Positions 27,974 through 36,794 of a DNA stretch of 36,794 nt are shown here, one piece after another (the stretch's first letter is position 1; the number at the start of each line of letters is the position of its first letter). Made by a program: the position numbers and the translations under genes. The stretch comes from a virus (taxonomy: Duplodnaviria; Heunggongvirae; Uroviricota; Caudoviricetes): the IMG/VR virus record IMGVR_UViG_2713896909_000013. One strand, 5' to 3'. The notes beneath the pieces were generated by a model, which saw only the letters and a program-made list of their open reading frames with translations, was not told the origin of the DNA and ran no database searches.

Positions 27974-28489
27974 ATGGCTTTACCACGCAAATTAAAACAC
28001 CTGAACCTGTTTAATGACGGGAACAACTGGCAGGGGATCGTTGAGTCGCTGACGCTGCCGAAATTCACCCGCAAATATGAGAAGTATCGCGGCGGCGGAA
28101 TGCCGGGTGCAGTGGATGTGGATCTGGGGCTTGATGACAGTGCGCTGGACACAGAATTTTCCATTGGTGGTACTGAACTGCTGCTGTTTAAACAGATGGG
28201 CAAAGCCACGGTGGATGGCATCCAGTTGCGCTTCACCGGCTCTATCCAGCGTGACGATACCGGAGAAGTGCAGGCCGTGGAGCTTGTGGTGCGTGGACGT
28301 CACAAAGAAGTGGATTCCGGCGAGTGGAAGACGGGCGAAAGCAACACCACCAAAGTGACCAGTACCAACAGCTACGCGAAGCTGACTATCAATGGTGAGG
28401 TGCTCTATGAAGTGGACCTTATCAACATGGTGGAAATTGTGGACGGTGTGGACCTGATGGAAGCGCACCGCAACGCCCTCGGCCTCTGA
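27974..28489 (+). CDS. FII: tail tube protein, P2 gpFII-like
   Basis: 171 aa, the same size as P2 FII, immediately after the sheath gene. Confidence 0.9.
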   Translation: MALPRKLKHLNLFNDGNNWQGIVESLTLPKFTRKYEKYRGGGMPGAVDVDLGLDDSALDTEFSIGGTELLLFKQMGKATVDGIQLRFTGSIQRDDTGEVQAVELVVRGRHKEVDSGEWKTGESNTTKVTSTNSYAKLTINGEVLYEVDLINMVEIVDGVDLMEAHRNALGL

Positions 28490-28500
28490 TGTATCTGAAC

Positions 28501-28518
28501 GGCGCGGAATGCCGCGCC
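28501..28518 (+). other. GC-rich stem-loop between FII and E (possible partial terminator or attenuator)
   Basis: GGCGCGG-AATG-CCGCGCC hairpin with no following T-run. Confidence 0.3.
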
Positions 28519-28543
28519 AGAACCCAATTTACAGGACAGCAAA

Positions 28544-28846
28544 ATGAGCGATAAGCAGACTGAAAAGACTATTAAACTGGATACTCCCATCATGCGCGGT
28601 AAAACAGAAATTACCGAAATTGTGCTGCGTAAACCGCAGTCCGGTGCGCTGCGCGGCACACGCCTGCAGGCCATTATGGATATGGATGTGAACGCGATGA
28701 TGACCGTGATCCCCCGCATCTCCAGTCCGGCACTGACTGCACAGGAAATCGCAGAGATGGACCCGGCAGATCTCACTGCCATGTCGGTTGAGGTTGTCAC
28801 TTTTTTGTTGAAGAAGTCGGTGCTTGCCGGTTTACCGACAGCCTGA
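28544..28846 (+). CDS. E: tail assembly chaperone, P2 gpE-like
   Basis: 100 aa; contains the slippery heptamer T_TTT_TTG near its 3' end. Confidence 0.8.
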   Translation: MSDKQTEKTIKLDTPIMRGKTEITEIVLRKPQSGALRGTRLQAIMDMDVNAMMTVIPRISSPALTAQEIAEMDPADLTAMSVEVVTFLLKKSVLAGLPTA

Positions 28847-28980
28847 CGGTTGACGATCTGGTGGCAGATATCGCCACCATCTTTCACTGGCCGCCATCCG
28901 TTACTGACGTTATGCCGCTGACCGAAGTGCTGGAATGGCGGTATAAAGCGATTCAGAGAAGCGGGGCCAACGATGAGTGA
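28544..28980 (+). CDS. E+E' programmed -1 frameshift fusion product
   Basis: Slippery site TTTTTTG at 28801..28807; the -1 frame stays open to the TGA at 28978..28980, which overlaps the tape measure start, as for the tail chaperone pair in P2 and lambda G/GT. Confidence 0.65.
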
Positions 28981-31900
28981 TAACAACCTGCGTCTGCAGG
29001 TCATTCTTAATGCGGTTGACAAGCTCACCCGCCCATTTCGATCTGCGCAGGCCAGTTCAAGAGAACTGGCTGCTGCTGTCAAAAAATCCCGCGATGCAAT
29101 AAAGCAGCTTGATCAGGCCGGGAGCAGTCTGGACAGCTTCCGAAAGCTGCAGGCAGAAAATCAGAAATTAGGCGACAGGCTGAACTATGCCCGCCAGCGT
29201 GCAAATTTGCTCAGTCAGGAACTGGGAGCGATGGGGCCGCCTTCGCAACGTCAGGTTGTTGCTCTGGGCCGTCAACGGCTGGCTGTTCAGCGCCTGGAAG
29301 AACGCCAGAAAAAGCTGCAGCAGCAGACGGCGCTTGTGCGTGCTGAACTGTACCGGGCGGGAATTTCTGCGAAAGACGATGCGGGAGCAACTGCCCGTTT
29401 AGCCCGTGAAACATCACGTTATAACCAGGAACTTTCGAAACAGGAGGCGCGGCTGAAGCGACTGGGGGAAGCTCAGCGCAGGATGAATGCAGCGCGTGCC
29501 AGTTATACCCGTTCGCTGGAGGTGCGTGATCGTATTGCAGGTGCCGGAGCCACCACCACGGCTGCAGGGCTGGCAATGGGTGCGCCAGTGATGGCGGCAG
29601 TAAAAAGCTATACCAGCATGGAAGATGCCATGAAAGGTGTGGCAAAGCAGGTCAATGGTCTGCGTGACGATAATGGCAACCGCACTGCACGTTTTTATGA
29701 AATGCAGGATGCCATCAAGGCTGCCAGCGAACAGTTGCCGATGGAAAACGGTGCGGTGGACTTCGCTGCACTGGTTGAAGGTGGTGCGCGCATGAACGTC
29801 GCAAACCCTGACGACAGCTGGGAAGATCAGAAACGTGACCTGCTGGCCTTCGCCAGTACGGCAGCAAAGGCGGCAACAGCCTTTGAGCTGCCAGCGGATG
29901 AACTGTCAGAAAGTCTGGGGAAAATCGCCCAGCTCTACAAAATCCCCACCCGCAATATTGAACAGCTCGGTGATGCGCTGAACTATCTGGATGATAACGC
30001 CATGTCGAAAGGGGCAGACATCATTGATGTGATGCAACGTCTGGGCGGTGTGGCTGACCGTCTGGATTATCGTAAAGCGGCGGCGCTGGGTTCCACCTTC
30101 CTGACACTGGGCGCTGCGCCAGAGGTTGCAGCCAGTGCAGCAAACGCGATGGTGCGTGAATTGTCCATTGCCACCATGCAAAGCAAGAGTTTCTTTGAAG
30201 GGATGAATCTGCTGAAACTCAATCCTGAAGTGATTGAAAAGCAGATGACGAAGGATGCGATGGGAACCATCCAGCGCGTGCTGGAGAAGGTAAACGCGCT
30301 GCCGCAGGACAAGCGCCTGTCTGCCATGACTATGTTGTTTGGTAAAGAGTTTGGCGATGACGCGGCGAAACTGGCAAACAACCTGCCGGAACTGCAGCGT
30401 CAGTTAAAACTGACAGCGGGCAATGATGCGCTCGGCTCCATGCAGAAAGAATCCGACATTAACAAGGATTCACTTTCTGCGCAGTGGTTGCTGGTCAAAA
30501 CCGGAGCGCAGAACACCTTCAGCAGCCTGGGCGAAACGCTGCGCCAGCCGCTGATGGATATTCTGTACACGGTGAAAAGCGTCACGGGGGCGTTGCGTCG
30601 CTGGGTGGAAGCTAACCCGGAACTGACAGGCACACTGATGAAAGCATCGGCTGTTGTGGCTGCGGTTACCGTCGGCCTCGGCACCTTAGCGGTGGCGCTG
30701 GCTGCAGTGCTGGGGCCGCTGGCAGTGATCCGTCTGGGATTCTCTGTGTTGGGTATCAAAACGTTATCTTCCGTTACGGCAGCAGTAACTCGAACCAGCA
30801 GCGCGTTGTCCTGGCTGGCTGGCGCACCACTGGCACTGCTGCGACGCGGGCTTGCTTCATCGGGCAACGCCGCAGGTTTACTTACTGCGCCGTTGTCGTC
30901 TTTGCGCCGCACGGCATCACTGACGGGAAATGTCCTGAAAACTGTAGCAGGTGCGCCGGTTGCACTTTTGCGGTCTGGATTATCCGGTTTACGTGCTGTT
31001 GCTGTGATGTTTATGAATCCTCTGGCGGTACTGCGCGGTGGACTGGCCGCCGCAGGCACGGTGCTGCGAGTACTGGCATCTGGTCCACTGGCGATGCTGC
31101 GCGTTGCCCTGTATGCCATATCTGGTCTGTTAGGTGCTCTGCTCAGTCCGATAGGTCTTGTGGTTACTGCACTGGCGGGCGTGGCGCTGGTTGTCTGGAA
31201 ATACTGGCAACCCATCACCGCATTTCTCGGTGGCGTGGTGGAAGGATTCAAAGCGGCGGCAGGTCCCATCAGTGCAGCGTTCGAACCGCTTAAGCCCGTG
31301 TTCCAGTGGATTGGCGACAAAGTGCAGGCGCTGTGGGGCTGGTTTACTGATCTGCTGACGCCCGTTAAGTCGACCTCTGCCGAACTGCAGAGCGCAGCGG
31401 CAATGGGGCGGCGATTCGGGGAGGCACTGGCGGAAGGGCTGAATATGGTCATGCATCCGCTGGACTCCCTGAAATCCGGCGTTTCCTGGTTGCTGGAGAA
31501 GCTCGGCATTGTCAGTAAAGAGGCCGCAAAGGCAAAACTGCCGGAAAGCGTGACGCGTCAGCAACCTGCGACGGTGAATGCAGACGGTAAAGTGATGATG
31601 CCATCGGGTGGTTTTCCATCATGGGGATATGGCTTTGCGGGGATGTATGACAGCGGCGGGTATATCCCGCGCGGGCAGTTTGGCATCGTCGGTGAAAACG
31701 GGCCGGAAATTGTTAACGGCCCGGCAAATGTGACCAGCCGGAGAAATACAGCTGCACTGGCTGCCGTTGTTGCCGGAATGATGGGCGTTGCTGCCGCGCC
31801 AGCAGAGCTTCCACCGTTGCACCCTTTGGCACTTCCCGCGAAAGGTGGAGAAGCAATTGTGAGTCGCGCAGCCACTGTGCCGCTCGTTCAACGGATTGAG

Positions 31901-32050
31901 GCACCGACGCAGATCATCATTCAGACGCAGCCAGGACAAAGTGCGCAGGATATTGCGCGGGAGGTGGCACGCCAGCTTGATGAACGTGAACGCAGGCTGA
32001 AGGCAAAAGCCAGGAGTAACTACAGCGATCAGGGGGGATACGACGCATGA
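28973..32050 (+). CDS. T: tail tape measure protein, P2 gpT-like
   Basis: 1025 aa, largely helical/Ala-rich with a glycine-rich C-terminal region; position after E/E'. Confidence 0.9.
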   Translation: MSDNNLRLQVILNAVDKLTRPFRSAQASSRELAAAVKKSRDAIKQLDQAGSSLDSFRKLQAENQKLGDRLNYARQRANLLSQELGAMGPPSQRQVVALGRQRLAVQRLEERQKKLQQQTALVRAELYRAGISAKDDAGATARLARETSRYNQELSKQEARLKRLGEAQRRMNAARASYTRSLEVRDRIAGAGATTTAAGLAMGAPVMAAVKSYTSMEDAMKGVAKQVNGLRDDNGNRTARFYEMQDAIKAASEQLPMENGAVDFAALVEGGARMNVANPDDSWEDQKRDLLAFASTAAKAATAFELPADELSESLGKIAQLYKIPTRNIEQLGDALNYLDDNAMSKGADIIDVMQRLGGVADRLDYRKAAALGSTFLTLGAAPEVAASAANAMVRELSIATMQSKSFFEGMNLLKLNPEVIEKQMTKDAMGTIQRVLEKVNALPQDKRLSAMTMLFGKEFGDDAAKLANNLPELQRQLKLTAGNDALGSMQKESDINKDSLSAQWLLVKTGAQNTFSSLGETLRQPLMDILYTVKSVTGALRRWVEANPELTGTLMKASAVVAAVTVGLGTLAVALAAVLGPLAVIRLGFSVLGIKTLSSVTAAVTRTSSALSWLAGAPLALLRRGLASSGNAAGLLTAPLSSLRRTASLTGNVLKTVAGAPVALLRSGLSGLRAVAVMFMNPLAVLRGGLAAAGTVLRVLASGPLAMLRVALYAISGLLGALLSPIGLVVTALAGVALVVWKYWQPITAFLGGVVEGFKAAAGPISAAFEPLKPVFQWIGDKVQALWGWFTDLLTPVKSTSAELQSAAAMGRRFGEALAEGLNMVMHPLDSLKSGVSWLLEKLGIVSKEAAKAKLPESVTRQQPATVNADGKVMMPSGGFPSWGYGFAGMYDSGGYIPRGQFGIVGENGPEIVNGPANVTSRRNTAALAAVVAGMMGVAAAPAELPPLHPLALPAKGGEAIVSRAATVPLVQRIEAPTQIIIQTQPGQSAQDIAREVARQLDERERRLKAKARSNYSDQGGYDA

Positions 32051-32532
32051 TGATGGTGCTGGGATTGTACGTGTTTATGCTGCGCACCGTTCCGTATCAG
32101 GAACTGCAGTATCAACGCAGCTGGCGACATGCGGCAAACAGTCGGGTAAACCGACGTCCGTCCACGCAGTTTCTGGGACCGGAAAACGACATGTTGACGC
32201 TTTCCGGTGTTCTTATGCCGGAAATAACAGGCGGCAGGCTGTCGTTGCTGGCACTGGAGCAGATGGCAGAACAGGGGAAAGCATGGCCCCTGATTGAAGG
32301 CAGCGGCACGATTTACGGCATGTATGTGATTGAGGGACTGAATCAGACTAAAACGGAGTTTTTCCGCGACGGTATGCCGCGCCGGATTGAGTTCACCCTG
32401 TCGCTCAAACGAGTGGATGAATCCCTGTCCGATATGTTCGGTGATCTCAGTGCGCAACTGAATAATCTGCAGGACACGGCAACGTCTGCCTTAAGCGATA
32501 TCAGTAAAACGGTGGGAGGGCTGCTGTCGTGA
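32047..32532 (+). CDS. U: tail protein, P2 gpU-like
   Basis: 161 aa, size and position match P2 U. Confidence 0.85.
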   Translation: MMMVLGLYVFMLRTVPYQELQYQRSWRHAANSRVNRRPSTQFLGPENDMLTLSGVLMPEITGGRLSLLALEQMAEQGKAWPLIEGSGTIYGMYVIEGLNQTKTEFFRDGMPRRIEFTLSLKRVDESLSDMFGDLSAQLNNLQDTATSALSDISKTVGGLLS

Positions 32533-33629
32533 ATTTCAGCTCTGAACTGCTTAACAAAGGCAACAAAACTCCCGCATTCAGCATCAGTATTGAGGGCAGG
32601 GATATCACCACTGTGCTGGATAACCGCCTGATGAGTTTGACGCTGACGGATAACCGGGGCTTTGAAGCGGACCAGCTTGATCTGGAGCTGGATGACGCTG
32701 ACGGAAAAATCGTGCTGCCGCGCCGTGGTGCGGTTATTACGCTGGCGCTGGGCTGGAAGGGGCAGCCGCTTTTCCCGAAAGGGGCATTCACAGTGGACGA
32801 GATTGAACACACTGGCGCACCGGACCGCCTGACTATCCGGGCGCGAAGTGCTGATTTTCGGGAAACGCTGAATACCCGCCGTGAAAAATCGTGGCATAAG
32901 ACCACCGTCGGGGAAGTGGTGAAGGAAATAGCCGCGCGGCACAAGCTGAAGATGGCACTGGGTAAAGACCTGTCGGATAAGCCCGTGGAGCATATAGACC
33001 AGACTAATGAGAGTGACGGCAGTTTTCTGATGCGGCTGGCGCGACAGTACGGTGCCATCGCGTCGGTGAAAAATGGCAATCTGTTATTCATCCGGCAGGG
33101 GCAGGGCAAAAGCGCCACTGGTAAACCTCTGCCAGTGATCACTATCACACGCAAGGACGGCGACAGTCACCGATTTACCCTGGCAGATCGCGGAGCCTAC
33201 ACGGGCGTAATTGCCAGCTGGTTGCATACCCGCGAACCTGCGAAGAAAGAAAGCACCACGGTGAAGCGTAAGCGCAGAACTAAGAAGCAGAAGAAAGAGC
33301 CAGAAGCGAAGCAGGGTGATTACCTGGTGGGTACGGATAAAAACGTGCTGGTACTTAATCGCACTTATGCCAACCGGAGCAACGCCGAACGAGCGGCGAA
33401 AATGCAGTGGGAACGCCTGCAACGCGGCGTTGCGTCATTTTCGCTACAACTGGCAGAAGGGCGGGCAGATCTCTACACGGAAATGCCTGTGAAGGTCAGT
33501 GGTTTTAAACAGCCGATAGATGATGCGGAATGGACCATTACGACTCTGACACATACCGTCAGCCCGGATAACGGTTTTACAACCAGTATTGAACTCGAAG
33601 TAAGGATTGATGATTTCGAAATGGAATGA
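32529..33629 (+). CDS. D: late control/tail protein, P2 gpD-like
   Basis: 366 aa, GTG start overlapping the U stop; position matches P2 D. Confidence 0.85.
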   Translation: MNFSSELLNKGNKTPAFSISIEGRDITTVLDNRLMSLTLTDNRGFEADQLDLELDDADGKIVLPRRGAVITLALGWKGQPLFPKGAFTVDEIEHTGAPDRLTIRARSADFRETLNTRREKSWHKTTVGEVVKEIAARHKLKMALGKDLSDKPVEHIDQTNESDGSFLMRLARQYGAIASVKNGNLLFIRQGQGKSATGKPLPVITITRKDGDSHRFTLADRGAYTGVIASWLHTREPAKKESTTVKRKRRTKKQKKEPEAKQGDYLVGTDKNVLVLNRTYANRSNAERAAKMQWERLQRGVASFSLQLAEGRADLYTEMPVKVSGFKQPIDDAEWTITTLTHTVSPDNGFTTSIELEVRIDDFEME

Positions 33630-33719
33630 TTCTTCGCAATGGAGAACTTTTAAGTTTGCAAAATGGAATAATGCGGTATCATTATTGTGAATTTAGCAAA
33701 AATGGGGAGAACTCGAAAA

Positions 33720-33938
33720 ATGATGATTTGCCCACTGTGTGGAAGTGCCGCCCATACTCGCAGCAGTTTTCAGGTATCTTCATTGACCAAAGAGCGTTAC
33801 AACCAGTGCCAGAACATTAACTGCAGCCATACTTTTGTTACCCATGAAACTTTTGTTCGTTCGATTGCAACGCCAAAAGAGTCAAATCCGGTTCAGCCAC
33901 ATCCAATGAAATCAGGACAGGTGGCGCTCTCTCTTTGA
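33720..33938 (+). CDS. ogr: Ogr late-gene transcriptional activator (zinc finger)
   Basis: 72 aa from the ATG at 33720 (RBS GGAGA); C-x2-C-x22-C-x4-C motif (CPLCG...CQNINC); same length as P2 Ogr and last gene before att. Confidence 0.9.
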   Translation: MMICPLCGSAAHTRSSFQVSSLTKERYNQCQNINCSHTFVTHETFVRSIATPKESNPVQPHPMKSGQVALSL

Positions 33939-33939
33939 C

Positions 33940-33960
33940 GCTGCCGCCATTTTGTCGCCA
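33940..33960. repeat. attR: candidate attR core (right copy of the 21-bp direct repeat)
   Basis: GCTGCCGCCATTTTGTCGCCA, 20/21 identical to 20..40; begins 2 bp after the ogr stop codon. Confidence 0.55.
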
Positions 33961-34018
33961 TCGTTAAAAAACAGTGTTTCTAACATCATGATTTTAAACA
34001 GCTTAAATTTCAGGCAAC

Positions 34019-34061
34019 AAAAAACCCATCAACCTTGAACCTAAATGGCGGGGTTGATGGG
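34019..34061 (-). terminator. rho-independent terminator (minus strand) downstream of ybjL
   Basis: On the minus strand CCCATCAACC-loop-GGTTGATGGG followed by TTTTTTG; lies in host DNA between the att core and the ybjL 3' end. Confidence 0.5.
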
Positions 34062-34173
34062 CTCCACAAAATGGGGACATCAAAGAAAAGCAGTGGCACT
34101 AATTAAGACTGATGCCCCGAAGAAAAGTTCTGCGCTTGTGCAAAAAAATTTCATTCTCAGGGCAACTTCAGGT

Positions 34174-35859
34174 TTATCCGAGTCCTGGCCACACCATTAC
34201 AATGATTGTCCCCGCCAGCGTCAGTAGCACGTTAGCTATTGCATAGGTACCTGCATAGCCCAGCGCCGGGATATTACTGCGCGCAGTATCGCTGATAATC
34301 TCCATTGCCGGAGCGCAAGTACGTGCTCCCATCATTGCGCCGAATAACAGCGCGCGGTTCATACGCAGTACGTAAGCACCGAACAGGAAGCAGATAACCA
34401 CTGGCACCAGACTGACAATCAATCCGGCAATTAGCATTTGACCGCCAATTGCACCAAGGCCGTTATTGATGCCGCTACCGGCGCTTAAACCAACGCCTGC
34501 CATAAACACCATCAAACCGAACTCTTTCACCATGCTTAAGGCACCCTGCGGAATATAGCCGAAGGTAGGATGGTTGGCGCGCATAAAGCCCAGCATAATA
34601 CCGGCAAATAACAATCCGGCAGCATTACCCATGCCAAAGCTAAATGTACTGAACTGGAAAGTGATCATCCCAATCATCAGACCAATGACAAAGAATGCGC
34701 AGAATGCCAGCAAATCGGTAACCTGGCTGTGAATTGAGATAAAGCCAATGCGATCGGCGATGGTTTTCACGCGACGGGCATCACCACTGACTTGCAACAC
34801 GTCACCTTTATTAAGTACCACGTTGTCATCGATTGGCATCTCTATCTGGCTGCGGATGACGCGGTTAAGGAAGCAACCGTGATCGGTCAATTTCAATTGC
34901 GCCAGACGTTTACCAACGGCGTTATGGTTTTTAACTACTACCTCTTCAGTGACGATACGCATATCGAGAAGGTCACGATCAAAAACTTCTTTACCGTTAC
35001 GGAAGCTGGGATCGAGTCGGGCGTGGGCGTCAGGGTAACCGACCAACGCAATTTCATCACCCATTTGCAGCACGGCATCGCCATCCGGGTTCGCCAGAAT
35101 CCCATTACGGCGGATACGCTCGATATAGCAACCCGTTTGCCGATAGATGCCCAGTTCTCGCAGATTTTTGCCGTCGGTCCATGCAACCAGTTCCGGGCCG
35201 ACGCGGTAGGCGCGGATGACAGGTAAATAGACTTTACGGCTGGCGTCGGTGTCCAGACCTCGTTCACGGGCGATCTGTTGAGCACTGGTCTGCAAGTCCT
35301 GATGCTGCAACTTCGGTAAATAACGCGCGCCGACAATCAGACTGACCAGACCAATTAAATAGGTTAACGCATACCCGAGGCTAAGATTATCCAGTGCCAG
35401 AGAGAGCTGCCTGCTTTCCATACCAGAATGGCGTAACGTATCGCCGGCACCAACCAGAACTGGTGTTGAAGTCATGGAGCCAGCTAACATCCCGGCTGTC
35501 AGGCCGATGTCCCAGCCAAACAGCTTACCCAGCCCTAAGGCGATCAGCAGCGCACTGCCGACCATTACCAGGGCTAACATTAGATAATTTTTCCCATCGC
35601 GAAAAAAAATGGAAAAAAAGTTGGGTCCGGCTTCGACCCCGACGCAGAAAATAAACAGCATAAAACCAAGATTCAGTGCGTCGGTGTTAATGCTGAAATG
35701 TTGTTGGCCTAATAACAGCGATACGACCAAAACGCCAATGGAATTACCCAGTTGGATTGAGCCAAGTCGTAATTTCCCGAGACACAGCCCAAGCGCGAGG
35801 ACCACAAATAATAACAGAATGTAATTCCCATTTAACAATTCGGCGACGTTTATATTCAC
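34174..35859 (-). CDS. ybjL: putative transporter YbjL (AspT/YidE/YbjL family, two TrkA-C domains)
   Basis: 561 aa; the sequence matches E. coli YbjL as I recall it ([34 protein letters not shown]...); GTG start. Confidence 0.9.
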   Translation of the reverse strand: MNINVAELLNGNYILLLFVVLALGLCLGKLRLGSIQLGNSIGVLVVSLLLGQQHFSINTDALNLGFMLFIFCVGVEAGPNFFSIFFRDGKNYLMLALVMVGSALLIALGLGKLFGWDIGLTAGMLAGSMTSTPVLVGAGDTLRHSGMESRQLSLALDNLSLGYALTYLIGLVSLIVGARYLPKLQHQDLQTSAQQIARERGLDTDASRKVYLPVIRAYRVGPELVAWTDGKNLRELGIYRQTGCYIERIRRNGILANPDGDAVLQMGDEIALVGYPDAHARLDPSFRNGKEVFDRDLLDMRIVTEEVVVKNHNAVGKRLAQLKLTDHGCFLNRVIRSQIEMPIDDNVVLNKGDVLQVSGDARRVKTIADRIGFISIHSQVTDLLAFCAFFVIGLMIGMITFQFSTFSFGMGNAAGLLFAGIMLGFMRANHPTFGYIPQGALSMVKEFGLMVFMAGVGLSAGSGINNGLGAIGGQMLIAGLIVSLVPVVICFLFGAYVLRMNRALLFGAMMGARTCAPAMEIISDTARSNIPALGYAGTYAIANVLLTLAGTIIVMVWPGLG

Positions 35860-36127
35860 GGAGACTAACTTCTTGTTTACGAGTAAGCTGTTGAAAGAAA
35901 TGGTAATTTACGATAATGTTTTTACCAGAACTCAGGGCGCAGATTCATTCAGCGCACCTAAACGATAGTAAAGCAACAATATATTTTACTAGTGTAATCA
36001 CATTAGGTACCAGCGGCTATAAGAATTGCGTTGGCCTATATTAGCATGGAATGCGAAGCGGCTTTATCTTACTGAACGCCACACTGGCGAAAAATGTGTT
36101 CGATAGACGCAGTGTCAGGAGGAACGA

Positions 36128-36505
36128 GTGAAACATAAACAACGTTGGGCGGGGGCAATCTGCTGTTTTGTCCTTTTCATTGTGGTGTGCCTCTTTCTGG
36201 CGACGCATATGAAAGGCGCTTTTCGGGCTGCCGGGCACCCTGAAATCGGTCTGCTGTTTTTCATTCTTCCTGGAGCGGTTGCCAGCTTTTTTTCACAGCG
36301 TAGAGAAGTTCTTAAACCGCTGTTTGGCGCAATGCTGGCAGCACCGTGCTCGATGTTAATTATGCGACTGTTTTTTTCTCCCACCCGCTCATTTTGGCAG
36401 GAGCTGGCGTGGTTATTAAGTGCAGTCTTCTGGTGTGCGCTGGGAGCGTTGTGCTTCTTATTTATCAGCAATCTGTTCAAGCCACATCACAGAAAAAATC
36501 AATAA
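36128..36505 (+). CDS. ybjM: inner membrane protein YbjM
   Basis: 125-aa hydrophobic protein between ybjL and grxA as in E. coli K-12; GTG start. Confidence 0.8.
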   Translation: MKHKQRWAGAICCFVLFIVVCLFLATHMKGAFRAAGHPEIGLLFFILPGAVASFFSQRREVLKPLFGAMLAAPCSMLIMRLFFSPTRSFWQELAWLLSAVFWCALGALCFLFISNLFKPHHRKNQ

Positions 36506-36527
36506 AGCCCTCAAACAGAGAGGGCTT
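36504..36527. terminator. bidirectional terminator hairpin between ybjM and grxA
   Basis: AAAGCCCTC-AAACAG-AGAGGGCTT hairpin between convergent genes. Confidence 0.5.
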
Positions 36528-36536
36528 ATCCGGCGA

Positions 36537-36794
36537 TCAGGCGTCAAGATTCTCTTTCACCCATGCGGCAAAATCGGTATAGCCGCCAATGTGTTGCTGA
36601 TCGACAAAAATCTGCGGCACGGTTTCTACAGGCTTCCCGGCTTTCTGCTGCAAATCTTCTTTAGTGATCCCTTCAGCACGAATATCAACATACTGATACT
36701 GAAAATCATCACGTTCGTTGCTCAACTGCTCTGCCAGATCTTTCGCTCGCACGCAGTAAGGACATCCCGGGCGCCCAAAAATAACGGTTTGCAT
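36537..36794 (-). CDS. grxA: glutaredoxin 1
   Basis: 85 aa with the CPYC active site (FGRPGCPYCVRAK); matches E. coli GrxA; the ORF starts at the last base of the window. Confidence 0.9.
   Translation of the reverse strand: MQTVIFGRPGCPYCVRAKDLAEQLSNERDDFQYQYVDIRAEGITKEDLQQKAGKPVETVPQIFVDQQHIGGYTDFAAWVKENLDA

Larger units (their letters stand above)
20..33960. mobile_element. P2/186-like prophage, integrase to ogr, bounded by a 21-bp imperfect direct repeat
   Basis: Complete P2-type gene order read from the translations; direct repeat GCTGCCGCCA(C/T)TTTGTCGCCA at 20..40 and 33940..33960; E. coli ybjL/ybjM/grxA immediately to the right. Confidence 0.85.

Noticed and set aside
30400-31509. 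369-aa minus-strand ORF inside the tape measure gene
   Set aside because: Antisense to a strongly supported CDS; Ala/Pro/Ser-rich low-complexity translation typical of a spurious frame, with no RBS.
32343-33154. Minus-strand ORFs of 216 and 217 aa overlapping the U and D genes
   Set aside because: Antisense to conserved tail genes; no start context; composition-driven.
33626-33820. 64-aa ORF overlapping the start of ogr
   Set aside because: Different frame from ogr and no RBS; ogr at 33720 is strongly supported by its zinc-finger motif.
34045-34227. 60-aa plus-strand ORF in the host intergenic region overlapping the ybjL 3' end
   Set aside because: Overlaps a terminator hairpin and the end of ybjL; no RBS; likely non-coding.
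1-36794. CRISPR arrays, tRNA or rRNA genes
   Set aside because: No regularly spaced direct repeats or tRNA-like cloverleaf candidates were noticed; the prophage appears to be integrated in an intergenic region rather than a tRNA gene.

Overview
The window is an almost complete P2/186-family temperate myovirus prophage (about 34 kb, roughly 20..33960) integrated next to the Escherichia coli ybjL-ybjM-grxA locus. Calls rest on reading the six-frame translations and recalled family features; no database search was run. Gene order is canonical: integrase, 186-type CI repressor, Apl/Cox, CII, small early genes, an orphan Dam methylase, rolling-circle replication protein A, a LexA-box-controlled small ORF plus DinI-like gene, then an AT-rich cargo island, then the late genes (portal Q, terminase P, scaffold O, capsid N, small terminase M, L, X, holin, SAR endolysin, LysA/B/C, R, S, V, W, J, I, tail fibre H, G, an invertible fibre segment with a Hin/Gin-type invertase, sheath FI, tube FII, E and E+E', tape measure T, U, D, Ogr). 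A 21-bp imperfect direct repeat at both ends is the likely att core. The most interesting region is the cargo island between the replication module and the portal gene: two large low-GC genes on either side of a recognisable P2-like cos sequence, one encoding a TPR-like protein with a C-terminal HEPN-type Rx4H motif and one encoding an AIPR-like protein with a restriction-endonuclease-like N-terminus. Together or separately these look like candidate anti-phage (abortive infection) functions that I cannot assign to a named system. A second cargo gene, a small secreted cysteine-rich peptide, sits between int and cI. No tRNA, rRNA or CRISPR array was seen.
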